Shown: positions 1 through 10,942 of the stretch, piece by piece
Layout of the letters: each line of letters starts with the position of its first letter
How positions within the stretch are numbered: the first letter of the stretch is position 1
Origin: Candidatus Eiseniibacteriota bacterium
GTDB taxonomy: Bacteria; Eisenbacteria; RBG-16-71-46; CAVPCR01
DNA: 64,000 nucleotides
NCBI GenBank assembly: GCA_963702435.1
Contig: CAVPCR010000001.1
Location: 384,001 to 448,000 of the forward strand
Direction: 5' to 3'
Notes under the pieces: generated by a model
Databases searched by the model: none
What the model was told of the DNA's origin: nothing
Seen by the model: the letters and a program-made list of their open reading frames with translations, nothing else
Made by a program: the position numbers and the translations under genes

Positions 1-1
1 G

Positions 2-721
2 GAGGGGATCGAGGTCGAGTCCCGCGAGCGCGAGGCGACCCTTGGCCTCCGCGGTCTCGGGGACGATCGTCCCGAAGGTGCGGAGCGCATAGGCGAACCA
101 CGGGACGAGCACGAGCGCGGCGAGGATGCCGCCGGCCACCGCGCGCCGGCGCGCGCGGGCGCCGCCCGCCAGGAGCTCGCAGCCGAGCGCGAAGGCGAGG
201 AGAAGCCCCGACTCGGGCCGGACGAGGACCGCGAGCGCGAAGAGCACCGCAGCCAGCGGTCGTTTCCGGTCGTCCTCGACCTCTGTCGCATGGCGCGCGA
301 GTCCGGCCACGAGGAGCGCCACCGCGAGCGCCGTCTCCATGGCCGCCGCGCTCCAGCGGATGAGCCAGGCATTGGCCGCGAAGGCGAGGGTCGCCGGACC
401 GGCGAGGGCGAATGCGAGGCGCCGCCGCGCGAGGACGGCGAAGGCGATGACCGCCGCCGAACCGGCGGCGAACGCGATCGCCTTGGCGGCGAAGAGCCCG
501 GGGATCCCGAGCGCGGCCGGCACGGCCAGGATGAGGACCCAGAGGATCGAGGTGAAGCCGTAGACCGGTTCACCCGGGTTGAACGAAAGACCGGCCCCGC
601 GCGCCAGGTTCAGGGCGTAGCGGAGGAAGATGAAGGTGTCGTCGGTCCGGTATTCGACGAACGGCAGCGCGAGCGCCGCGAAGAGGACGAGCGCAAGCAG
701 CGTGGCTTGCCGACGCACCAT
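2..721 (-). CDS. Membrane protein, GT-C-fold glycosyltransferase-like (ArnT/RgtA/AftD-like); runs off the window edge
   Basis: Not in the ORF track. Manual translation from ATG at 721: MVRRQATLLALVLFAALALPFVEYRTDDTFIFLRYALNLARGAGLSFNPGEPVYGFTSILW... The DD-x-F-I-x-x-R-Y-A-x-N and G-F-T-S-x-L-W motifs are followed by TM helices. Confidence 0.7.
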   Translation of the reverse strand, partial: MVRRQATLLALVLFAALALPFVEYRTDDTFIFLRYALNLARGAGLSFNPGEPVYGFTSILWVLILAVPAALGIPGLFAAKAIAFAAGSAAVIAFAVLARRRLAFALAGPATLAFAANAWLIRWSAAAMETALAVALLVAGLARHATEVEDDRKRPLAAVLFALAVLVRPESGLLLAFALGCELLAGGARARRRAVAGGILAALVLVPWFAYALRTFGTIVPETAEAKGRLALAGLDLDPL

Positions 722-802
722 GAAGCGGCTCCGACTCCTTCGCAGCGACCCGGGTTCTCTACGCGCCCGCTCGACGCATCGCGTTCCCTGCCGCGCGCGG
801 CG

Positions 803-2008
<1,206 letters not shown>

Positions 2009-2067
2009 GGCGAGATCCCTCCCCTCGGTTCAGCGGGCGCGATGCCGCGGCCTGGACGGACCCGGGC

Positions 2068-3453
2068 CTAGACGGCCACGTATTCGATCAGGTCGAAGCG
2101 CGTGAGAATGCCGCGGAGCTGCCCGGCGTCTTCGACCAGGACCGCGTTCCGATCGGCGAGGAGCCGGATGGCCTGATCCACCGACTCCTTCGCATCCACG
2201 CGACCGAGCGGCGGATGCATGATCTTCGCGACCGGGACCTCGAGCGCCCGCGCATCCTCGAGCACGCTCGACATGATGGCCGCCTCCTCGGCGCTCCCCA
2301 CCACCTCGCCGCCCCGCTTCACCGGCACCTGCGAGATGTTGTAGCGGCGGATGAGCGCGAGCGCGTTCCGGATCGGCTCCGAGTCCTCGATCGCGACGAG
2401 CGCCGGGAGGTCCTTCGACTTCCTGCGGAGCACGTCGCCGACGCGCACGAATTGCGTGTCGAGGAGCCGATTGTCGCGCATCCACTCCTCCGAATGCACC
2501 TTGGAGAGATAGCGCTCACCGGTGTCCGGCAGGAGGACGACGATCACGTGGCGCTCGTCGAGCTCGCGGGCCACCGTGAGCGCGGCGGTGATCGCGGCCC
2601 CGCCCGAGCTCCCGATCAGGATCCCTTCCTCGCGCGAGACCCGCCGGGCCCAGTTGTAGGCCTCGTGGTCGGTGGTCTTGATGATGCGGTCGATCTGGTC
2701 CCAGAGGGTCGCCGTCGGGATGATGTCCTCGCCGATGCCCTCGGTCTTGTAGGTGCGGGCCTCGCCCATCTTCTTCGTGTAGAAGTACTCGGCGAGGATC
2801 GAGCCGACCGGATCGGCGCCCACGACCTGGACGCGCGGGTTCTTCTCCTTGAGGTAGCGGCCGGTCCCGGAGATCGTGCCCCCGGTCCCCATGCCCCCCA
2901 CGAAGACGTCCACCTGGCCGCCGGTCTGCTCCCAGACCTCGGGGCCGGTCGTCAGGTAGTGGGCCTCGGGGTTGTCCGGGTTGAAGTACTGGTTCGAGTG
3001 GAAGGCCCCCGGGATCTCCCGGGCGAGGCGCTTCGCCACCTCGTAGTAGCTCTCGGGATGGTCGGGCGGCACCGCCGTCGGCGTGACGATCACCTCGGCC
3101 CCGTAGGCCTTGATGAGGTTGATCTTCTCCTGGCTCATCTTGTCCGGCATGGTCACGATGAGCCGGTAGCCGCGGGTGGCGGCCACGAGCGCGAGCCCGA
3201 CCCCGGTGTTGCCCGATGTGCACTCGACGATCGTGCCGCCGGGCTTCAAGAGACCCTTCTTCTCGGCGGCGTTGATCATCGCGAAGCCGATGCGGTCCTT
3301 GACGCTGCCGCCCGGGTTGAAGGACTCGACCTTGGCCAGCACGAGCGGCTTGAGCCCCCGGGTGATCTTGTTCAACCGCACGAGCGGGGTGCGCCCGATG
3401 GTCTCGACGATGTCCTTCGCGTACTGGATGCCCCGGTCCCCTTCGACCCGCAT
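2068..3453 (-). CDS. cbs: Cystathionine beta-synthase with C-terminal CBS-domain pair
   Basis: NPGGSVKDRIG, TSGNTG, GMGTGGT, LLPDTGERYLSK motifs, then tandem CBS domains. Confidence 0.92.
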   Translation of the reverse strand: MRVEGDRGIQYAKDIVETIGRTPLVRLNKITRGLKPLVLAKVESFNPGGSVKDRIGFAMINAAEKKGLLKPGGTIVECTSGNTGVGLALVAATRGYRLIVTMPDKMSQEKINLIKAYGAEVIVTPTAVPPDHPESYYEVAKRLAREIPGAFHSNQYFNPDNPEAHYLTTGPEVWEQTGGQVDVFVGGMGTGGTISGTGRYLKEKNPRVQVVGADPVGSILAEYFYTKKMGEARTYKTEGIGEDIIPTATLWDQIDRIIKTTDHEAYNWARRVSREEGILIGSSGGAAITAALTVARELDERHVIVVLLPDTGERYLSKVHSEEWMRDNRLLDTQFVRVGDVLRRKSKDLPALVAIEDSEPIRNALALIRRYNISQVPVKRGGEVVGSAEEAAIMSSVLEDARALEVPVAKIMHPPLGRVDAKESVDQAIRLLADRNAVLVEDAGQLRGILTRFDLIEYVAV

Positions 3454-3594
3454 GAGCTGTTTCCTCCCGGAGCCGGGACTCCTCTAGTGAGCCGGACGGC
3501 GGGCGGGAGCGGCGCGCTGCCGCCCTCCACCCGCAGGATGACTTGTGCTGGAAGCGCTCGGCGAGGGCATCATGACAGACGGACCGATCGGCGC

Positions 3595-4587
3595 CTACTC
3601 GATGGCGTTCCGCGGATCTTCCGGTTCCGCCGGCGGGGTGACCGTCTCCGGCTTCCCGAGCGCCTTCTTCAGGGCCGCGAGCTCCCTGGCGATCCGCGGC
3701 TCCTCCCCGATCTTCTTGACATCGAGGGCCACGGCCTCGCCGCTGTAGGACACGATCTTGTTCTCGGGGCTCAGGACGATCTTGGTCTCCCCCATGTATT
3801 GCCCGCGCTGGCCGGGACGGACCGTGACCGCGCCCTCGACCTGGGTCGGCGCCACCGTCCCGGGGTAGTGACCGAAGACGACGACGTCGATCCCCTTGAC
3901 CGACTTCGGGAGCTGGAAGGCGTCGGCCGAGCCGAGGTGGGCCAGCACGACGACGAGGTCGGCCTGCTTGCGCACCTCGGGGATGACCTTGGCCGCCACC
4001 TCGAACGGATCGTCCACCGTGAAGCCCAGTCCGATGAGCTTCTCCTTGCCCTCGCCGAAGTCCTGCCCGATGAGGCCGATGATGCCGTAGGTGACATCCC
4101 CGACCTTGGTGAGGATGTACGGCTCGCCGATGGAGGCTCTGGTCGCCGTGAAGCGGGCGTTGGCGACCGTGACCGGGATCCGGGTCGAGTCGAGGATGGC
4201 CTGGACGTACTTGGCGCCGCGATAGAGCTCGAGCTCCCCGAGCGTCATCGCGTCATAGCGCATCTGGTCCATGGCCCTGAGGATGAACCAGTTCTCCTGC
4301 TCTTCGTGCGTCAGCGTGGGATGCGCGTAATCGCCCGCGTCGACGAGGAGCAGGCCTCCCCGGGCCTTGCGCAGCGAATCGATCAGGGCAGCCCTCCGGG
4401 CCAGCCCACCCTTCTGGGTCTTGTGTCAGCCGCAGGGGTCGACCTCGCCCCGGTTCGAGGTCGAGGAGAGGATGGTCAGCTCGAGATCCTTGGCCCGCTT
4501 CGCGGCGTCCGCCGAGACGAGCCCGGCCCCGAGGAGCGCGAGGGCGAGGAAGAGGGAGCCGATTCGCAGGCGGTGGTCGTACCGCAT
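3595..4587 (-). CDS. Secreted UshA-like (5'-nucleotidase/metallophosphoesterase fold) selenoprotein; in-frame UGA at 4426-4428 read as Sec in C-G-U
   Basis: ORFs 4426..4692 and 3595..4272 are in the same frame and separated only by one TGA: ...SNRGEVDPCG-U-HKTQKGGLARRAALIDSLRKARGGLLLVDAGDY... Signal peptide, GGAGG RBS and a downstream hairpin are present. 330 aa from ATG 4587 (GTG 4590 is an alternative start). Confidence 0.85.
4386..4407 (-). promoter_or_regulatory. Putative bacterial SECIS hairpin
   Basis: GGGCUGGCCC-GGA-GGGCUGCCC begins 18 nt after the UGA: 9-bp stem with a bulged U and a G-containing apical loop. Confidence 0.65.
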
Positions 4588-4657
4588 CACCGTGGTGGAG
4601 CCTCCCGGCGCACGCCGGCGCCGTTCGATGGGCCTGGGGAGCCATCCGAGCCGGAAA

Positions 4658-4686
4658 AATCTACCGGCCGCGGTGGAGAGGGGCAA
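4658..4686 (-). promoter_or_regulatory. Putative sigma70 promoter for the selenoprotein gene
   Basis: TTGCCC-17 nt-TAGATT on the minus strand, about 70 nt upstream of the start. Confidence 0.4.
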
Positions 4687-4696
4687 CTGCAAAGGC

Positions 4697-4800
4697 GGGC
4701 GCGGAGCCCGGCCCCGGGCGAGGCGCGGAGCCCGGCCCCGGGCGAGGCCGGAGCGCGGCCCCGGGCGAGGCCGGAGCGCGGCCGGAGCGCGGCCGGGGCC
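4697..4800. repeat. GC-rich tandem repeat, about 24-nt unit (GCGGAGCCCGGCCCCGGGCGAGGC), 3-4 degenerate copies
   Basis: Seen directly in the intergenic sequence. Confidence 0.7.
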
Positions 4801-5054
4801 TCTCCGGCCCGGTGATGCGCCGCAACCGCCATCCAGTCTCCTTCCAGTCTACGGTCGGCCCGCGGGGCTCACGGTCAAAGCTGGGTAAAAGGACCGCCAT
4901 GGGAAAGGCGGGGCGGGACAGGGCGGGAGAGAGCGGGAGCACGTTCCGCTCGGCGGCGGATGCCGCTCCGGCGGGCGCCGCCGGAAACGGCGCGGGAGCC
5001 GGTGCCTCGTCGGCACTCCGGCTCCCGCTCATCTCGGGGAGAGAAGACCTCGGG

Positions 5055-5360
5055 CTAGCCCTTCTTCACCTTGATGCGAACGCGCTCCTTGAGCGCCCGG
5101 CCCGGATGGAAGGCCGGGTAGCGGCTGGCCGCGATCTCGATCGACTCGCCCGTCTGCGGGTTCCGTCCGGTGCGGGCCTTGCGCTTGCGCGTCTCGAACG
5201 AGCCGAAGCCCGTGATCTGCACCTTGCGGCTCGCAGCGAGCTCGGAGGAGATGATGCCGCGTTTGTCGGTCGAGAAGATGGCATCCACGGTGGCGCGGGC
5301 ATCCTTGAGGCTCATGCCGACGCGCTCGGCGACGGCCTGGGTGAGCTCGGTCTTGTTCAT
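5055..5360 (-). CDS. hup: HU family DNA-binding protein
   Basis: MNKTELTQAVAE...VQITGFGSFETRKRKARTGRNPQTGESIEI; start trimmed to ATG 5360 with an AGGAGG RBS. Confidence 0.95.
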   Translation of the reverse strand: MNKTELTQAVAERVGMSLKDARATVDAIFSTDKRGIISSELAASRKVQITGFGSFETRKRKARTGRNPQTGESIEIAASRYPAFHPGRALKERVRIKVKKG

Positions 5361-5453
5361 TGAGGCACCCCCTCCTTGGGGACACGGTGCGACATCCTCG
5401 TGCGCAGCGCGAGAGGAAGGCCGCGATACGGGATGTCCTTCCGTCTGCGGGGC

Positions 5454-5483
5454 AAAATATCCAGTACCCGAGCAGCGTGTCAA
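5454..5483 (-). promoter_or_regulatory. Putative sigma70 promoter of the HU gene
   Basis: TTGACA-18 nt-TATTTT on the minus strand. Confidence 0.5.
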
Positions 5484-5735
5484 CGGGAAAAGCGCGAGAA
5501 ACGCTGCCCGGGCGCAGCTTTCTTCGGATGGGAGCGAGACATCGCGGCGCGCGGCGCAGATGATCGCGCGGCATGGCGCCGTGCGTGGCGTAACGACGGG
5601 GCGAAGGCTCGCCCCGGCGCAGCGGCCGGCGGCGACCGGGGGAAGCGCGGCGGCGGGTGACCGTGGCCGGAAACAACGCCGCGGCGAGGCCGGCAGAGCC
5701 GCGCAGGGACGGGCAGAGGTCGCGGCGGCAGGCGC

Positions 5736-8700
5736 CTAGTAGAACCGCGGCAGTCCGGTCCGGTCGCGACCGCGCTCGTAGAAGATCTCCTGCAGGTCGC
5801 GGATGGCGATCCGGAAGTAGTACTCCCAGTTCCCCACCTCGTAGGAGCGGCGGAACTGCGCCTCCCAGCAATGGAGATCGCGGATCAGGCTGTAGCTCTG
5901 CGCGACCACCTCCCGATCCATGAGGTCGTAGCGCAGGCGGTACTCGAGACGCCAGTTGGGCGTGACCCTGAAAGCGGTGTCGAAGGTGCCCTGCAGGCTC
6001 TTGTCGCCGCCGCCGCCCCCGGCGTAGGCGAGCGTGCCGCCGCACACGAAGGCGCGCGGGAAGAGATCGCCGGGAACCGCCGTGGCGCCGTACGGGCGGG
6101 TCTCCGGCGCATCGCCCTCGCCGTTTCCCGCCCCGCCACCCAATCCGCTCGGATCGCCGCCGAAGAGCCCCCCCCCCCGGATGTGCCCTCGCTCCCGCCG
6201 GGGGGCGCTCCCGGGACCGTGCCGGCAGGCGCTGCGGGGCCGTGCCCCGCCCGGGTGTAGGTGATCCGCGCGGCCACGTCGTACCTGGTCGTGCGCCGCT
6301 CGTAGGGATCGAATGTCGTCGCGTAGGTCACCTCGAAGTCGCGCCCGATGCCGGGACGAAGACGCGCATCGGCTCGAATCGGCGTGAAGCGCTCCGCGGA
6401 TTCGTTGGAGACATCGAAAGTTGAGTTGAGATTGAACGTGAGGAAGTCGCGCACCACGCGGAGCTTCCCCTCGGGGCCGCCGGGGAGCCGGGTCTCGAAG
6501 CGGTTCTGGAGCCCGAGCGCAAGGGCCGAGGAGGCACGACCCACGGCCACGTTCTCGCGAGAGTCGAAGCGCTTGCCGAAGGCGAGGGCCGCGCTCGGGG
6601 TGAGCACGTGGCGGAACCCGTTGAAGGGACCGACGGGACGCCCGAAGGTCCCGTAGAGCTCGGTGCGGAGCCCGAGGCCCGCCGACATCTGCCCGCGAAC
6701 GATGTCGCTCTCCCCGCGCCGGATGACGCCGGTGGTGTCGATCCCGAGGTCGAGGTACTCGTCCCAGTTCGAGCTCACCGAGAAGGCCGGGGTCAGGGTC
6801 AGCGCGCCGGCGCGCCGGCCGTCCGAGACGCTGGCTCGCCAGGCGGCCGTCTGCAGGTAGTCGCTCCCCGCCCGCCGGGAGTCGTAGCCGCGCCGGTAGT
6901 CCCCGGAGAAGGAGTAGTTCGTGCTCGACAGGACCGGCCAGCGACCGCCCCGCCCCTTGGCATCGGGGCGGCGGCCCAGCGGGCGGCTCTGGAAGCTGTA
7001 GGAAAGGCTCGGGAAGCTGCCCGTGATCGTGCCCTTGCCGGGCTGGGTCGTCCCCGCGATGTTCTGGAGATTCTGCGTCCGCTCGACCGTGATCCGCACG
7101 CTCTGGGTGGACCAGCTCTTCGCGAAGCTCACGTTCGAGCGGAGCTGGGTCTCGAAGCGGTCCTCGCCGGTCTGCCCCTGGTCGTTGACCCGGAACTCGC
7201 GGTCGGAGAGGAAGTCGAGGTTGGCCTGCAGGGTGCGGCGTTCGCCCAGGTCCTGACGGTGGCTGCCCCGCACGTCCCAGCGCTGCTCGCCCTGCCCGAA
7301 GCTCCACGCGGCGCGAGAGGTCCCGTTCAACCGGTAGCGCTGCGCGTAGTTGAAATCCAGGTTGCCGACCACATAGGGCGAGTACTCGGCGAAGTCTCCA
7401 TACAGCTTCACGTCGGCGTAGTCGTTGATGACGTAGTAGTAGCCTGCGTTGCGCACGAAGCGGCCGCGGGTGTCCGAGAAGCCGAACTCGATCTGCGGCA
7501 TCAGGATCCCGGAATGCCGCCCCCGCTTGATGGGGAAGATGTAGTACGGAAGGGCCATGAAGGGCACATTGCGGATGAAGAGCCCGACCGGGCGGGTGAC
7601 GACCTTGTCGTCCAGGTAGATCTTCATCTGGTGCCCGGTGAAGTGGTAGTGGGGCTCGGCGAGGTCGCACGTGGTGTAGGACGCGCCCTGCACATTGAAG
7701 ACCCCGTCCCCCGCCTTGTAGAGCTGGTCCCCGGTGTAGAGGCCCCGATCGAACTTGGTCTCGCCCTCGATCACCCGCCCCGAGCGAGTACTGAAGTCGT
7801 AGGCCATCTCGTCGCCCTTCATCTCCTGCTCCCCCTCGGAGAGGAGCGGCGAGCCCATGGCGAGGAGGGTGCGCTCGCGGACGGAGAAGCGCACCTTGTC
7901 CGCGGTCAGGTGCATCTTCTGGTGAAAGAGCTCGGCGTCGTTCTCGAGCAGGATCTCCTCGCGCTCGACCAGGAAGTCGATGCGAACGGCCTGGTAGCGG
8001 ACGCTCAGCGTCGTCGAGTCGGCAGGCGCCAGGGCGAGGCGGAGCGGCGCGGCGAGGGTGTCGGGGGCGGCGGCGGCGAGGGTGTCGGGGGCGGCGACGG
8101 CGAGGGTGTCGGGGGCGGCGACGGCGAGGGTGTCGGGGGCGGCGACGGCGAGGGTGTCGGGGGCGGCGGTCACGAGCGTGTCCTCGGCTGGAGCGGCGAC
8201 GGCGAGGGTGTCGGGGGCGGCGGTCACGAGCGTGTCCTCGGCTGGAGCGGCGGCGGCGTCCACGGCTCCGGCACTGGTGTCAGGAGCGGCCGCCGCGGCC
8301 AGCGAGTCCGCGATCGCGACGGCCGCCGAATCGGCGCGGCTCGCTGCGAGCGAGTCCGCCGCGGCCGCCTCTCGCTCCTTCGGCCGGTAGAAGTACTCCC
8401 CGGTCGCCTGCCCCTCGAGAACGACGCGCTCGGGCTTGCCGTCGCCGAGGGTCACCTGAAGTCGATCCCCGCGCGCGACGTTCTGCAGGGCTCCCGACTC
8501 GCGACGCTCGTCGGCTCCGGGCGTGTAGATGCTCTCGGCGTTGCCGGTGAGGTTCACGGTCCGGGCGGCGCCGTCCTCGAAATCGGCCATGAGGAGTTCG
8601 CCTGCGAGTTCCAGCTGCTCGCGGTCCTCGCCCGCCGCTCCACGGCTGTACGTGGCGCGCGCGTTCCCGTGCGCGGCGAGCCCGGCGATCTTCCCCCGGT

Positions 8701-9790
8701 CGAAGGTAAGGGTCAGCGTATCCCCAGTGACGAAGCCGTCGGCATCGCGCAGCGCCGGCGATCCGACGAGCACGGCTCGGTGATCGTCGCGGTAGAAGAC
8801 CGCGCTGTCCGCGGTGGCCTCCGCGTTCTCCTCGCGGACGACGACCTGGCCGCGCGCGATGACCTCCTTGCCCTCGCGGCGGAAGGCGAAGTCGCCGGCG
8901 GTGATGTTGACCGGCTTCCCCTCGTCCTCGAGGACGATCGAGGCGCGCTCGAGAAGCTTTAGGTCGCCGGTGCGCCGCCGGTACTCGGCCACGTCGCCGC
9001 GGAGGATCGCTTCCTCCTTCCCCGTCTGCTCGATCTCGACGTTGCCGAAGGCCATGGCTCGATCCTCGTCGAACCAGTAGACGAGGCTGTCCGAGCGCAC
9101 CCGGCGCTCGCGGTCCACGATGTCGACGCCGCCGCGCAGGCGGGCAACACGGCTCGGGCGCTCGTATGTGGCGCGGGGCGCACGAATGGTCAGGTCCTCG
9201 CGGGTGACGACGACGTTCCCGATGAGAGTGCCGAGCCCGGCGCGTACATCGAATGTGCCGTAGTCGCCCGTGATGGTCGTCAGCCCATCCACGATGCGGA
9301 CATCGCCGTCGACCGTGGCGTGCTGCGTGACGCGATCGTACCGGCCGACGCGGCCGGTGATGGTGGTCGCCCGGTGCTCGATGAGCACCGAGTCGATGAC
9401 GATGTAAGGAGTGCCGTCGATCGTGACGTGTCGGAGTCGCGAGCCGTTGATGCGCGTCGAGAGGGAGTCGTCGGGGTTGCCGCCCGGAAGGAGCGGCAGT
9501 GGCTGGCCGGGCGAGGGAGCGGCGGGCGGGGCGATGGGCGGCTGAGCATCGGCGGGCGATGTGTAGGGGAGTTCGAGGAGGGCGGCCACGACGAGGAGAG
9601 CGAGCGCGTGTGCGCGAGCGTGCGCGTGTGCGCGAGCGTGCGCGCGGGGGTGCGCGTGTGCGCGAGCGTGCGCGCGGGGGTGCGCTAGCGCGGCCGGGCG
9701 CGGCGACTCCCTGCGCATGGCAGCGGGCGCCGCGGCCAGACGCGGCGATGGTGCAGAACAGACCTGAATCGACCGGCGGAGTCGAGGCAT
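5736..9790 (-). CDS. lptD: LPS-assembly protein LptD with extended N-terminal OstA/LptA-like jellyroll repeats; frameshifted at a G11 tract (6168-6178)
   Basis: YTTCDLAEPHYHF and GRHSGILMPQI motifs and beta-barrel strands lie in ORF 5885..9790. The LptD-type C-terminus (RDLHCWEAQF...YYFRIAIRDLQEIFYE) is in another frame ending at 5736. The ATG at 9790 overlaps the ROK stop (TGATG); 9718 is an alternative start. Confidence 0.85.
8050..8253 (-). repeat. Intragenic tandem repeat: 24-nt unit encoding APDTLAVA (about 5 copies) plus a 60-nt duplication
   Basis: Repeated GGCGAGGGTGTCGGGGGCGGCGAC on the plus strand. Confidence 0.9.
9600..9686 (-). repeat. Low-complexity tandem repeat encoding (AHPR/AHAR)n before the LptD signal-peptide h-region
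   Basis: Repeated GTGTGCGCGAGCGTGCGCG units. Confidence 0.8.
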
Positions 9791-10785
9791 CAGCTCTCTG
9801 TCGGTTCCGTCCCGAGCGCGAGGAGGGCCGCCCCCAGCATACCGCCGCGGTCTCCCAGTTCCGCCGGAAGTATGACGACGCCGGCGGCCAGGGGCGGCAT
9901 GACGCGCGCCAGAGCCGTGACCCGAGCCGTATCAATGAGCACGTCGCCGGCGAGGGACACGCCGCCCCCCACGATCACCGCCTCCGGGTTGAGCGCCGAG
10001 ATCACATTGGCAATGGCTATTCCCAGGTGCCGCCCCAGCTCGGTGAACACCGCGATCGCCACCGGATCTCCCTGGCGCGCAGCCTCGCCTACCGAGCGCG
10101 CGGTCGCCTCGCCCGATGCCAGCGCCCGGGCGAGCCCGGGGTTCGGTGGACCGGGCGAGTCGGCGGCCAGTTCGAGCGCGCGGGCCACCACGTGGCTCGA
10201 ACGGAGGTAGGCCTCGACGCATCCGCGCGCCCCGCACGCGCAGGGCGGTCCGCCGTCCACGGCCAGCGCCATGTGCCCGAATTCGCCGGCGAAGCCCCGC
10301 CGGCCGTGCACGATGCGACCGCCGATCACGAGACCGCCGCCCACGCCCGTGCCGAGGGTCAGGAGCGCGACCGGATCCCGGCCGCGGCCCGCGCCGAGCG
10401 TCGCCTCGGCGAGCGTCGCCGCACTCGCATCGTTCTCGACGATCGCGGGGATCGCAAGTGCGGCGGAGAAGTCCTCCGCGCCGAGGAATCCTTCCCAACC
10501 GGGCAGATTGGGACAGGCCGTGAGCATCCCCGTGGCGTTGTCGACGAGCCCGGCGACGCCGACGCCGGCGGCGGCAGCTGCGCCAAGTGCGAGCCCCGCG
10601 TCCGCGCACATGGCGCGTGCGGCCTCCGCCGCCCGCGCCACGAGCTGCGCCGGCCCGTCGGCGGATAGGGTCGGGACGCGGCCCTCGGCGAGCACGCTCC
10701 GGTCGTGGGCGAGCGCCACGATCTTCGTGAAGGTGCCGCCGATATCGATCCCGAGCGCGAACGGCAAGACGACCACCTCCCTCAA
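9790..10785 (-). CDS. ROK family sugar kinase (glucokinase-like)
   Basis: GIDIGGT, ENDA, TLGTGVGGG, GEFGH, CACGARGCVE motifs; exact start uncertain. Confidence 0.9.
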   Translation of the reverse strand: MREVVVLPFALGIDIGGTFTKIVALAHDRSVLAEGRVPTLSADGPAQLVARAAEAARAMCADAGLALGAAAAAGVGVAGLVDNATGMLTACPNLPGWEGFLGAEDFSAALAIPAIVENDASAATLAEATLGAGRGRDPVALLTLGTGVGGGLVIGGRIVHGRRGFAGEFGHMALAVDGGPPCACGARGCVEAYLRSSHVVARALELAADSPGPPNPGLARALASGEATARSVGEAARQGDPVAIAVFTELGRHLGIAIANVISALNPEAVIVGGGVSLAGDVLIDTARVTALARVMPPLAAGVVILPAELGDRGGMLGAALLALGTEPTES

Positions 10786-10942
10786 GCCGCCGAGCCGTGG
10801 GTGAGCTCGGATCGCCCGCCTCTGATCCTGGCCGGGCCGCGGCCGGATGCTGGCCGGGAAAGATAACGCTAGACCCGCGCTTTTGCTAACCTCCCGCGCG
10901 GCGCCGGGCGTCCGGCGATCGAGTGAACCCAGGGAGGATCCG

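Noticed and set aside
4426..4692. Independent 88-aa ORF, or nonsense pseudogene
   Set aside because: Better explained as the 5' part of a UGA read-through selenoprotein (C-G-U context, hairpin, intact downstream frame).
8050..8253. Possible CRISPR array
   Set aside because: Contiguous in-frame repeats with no unique spacers, and no cas genes in the window.
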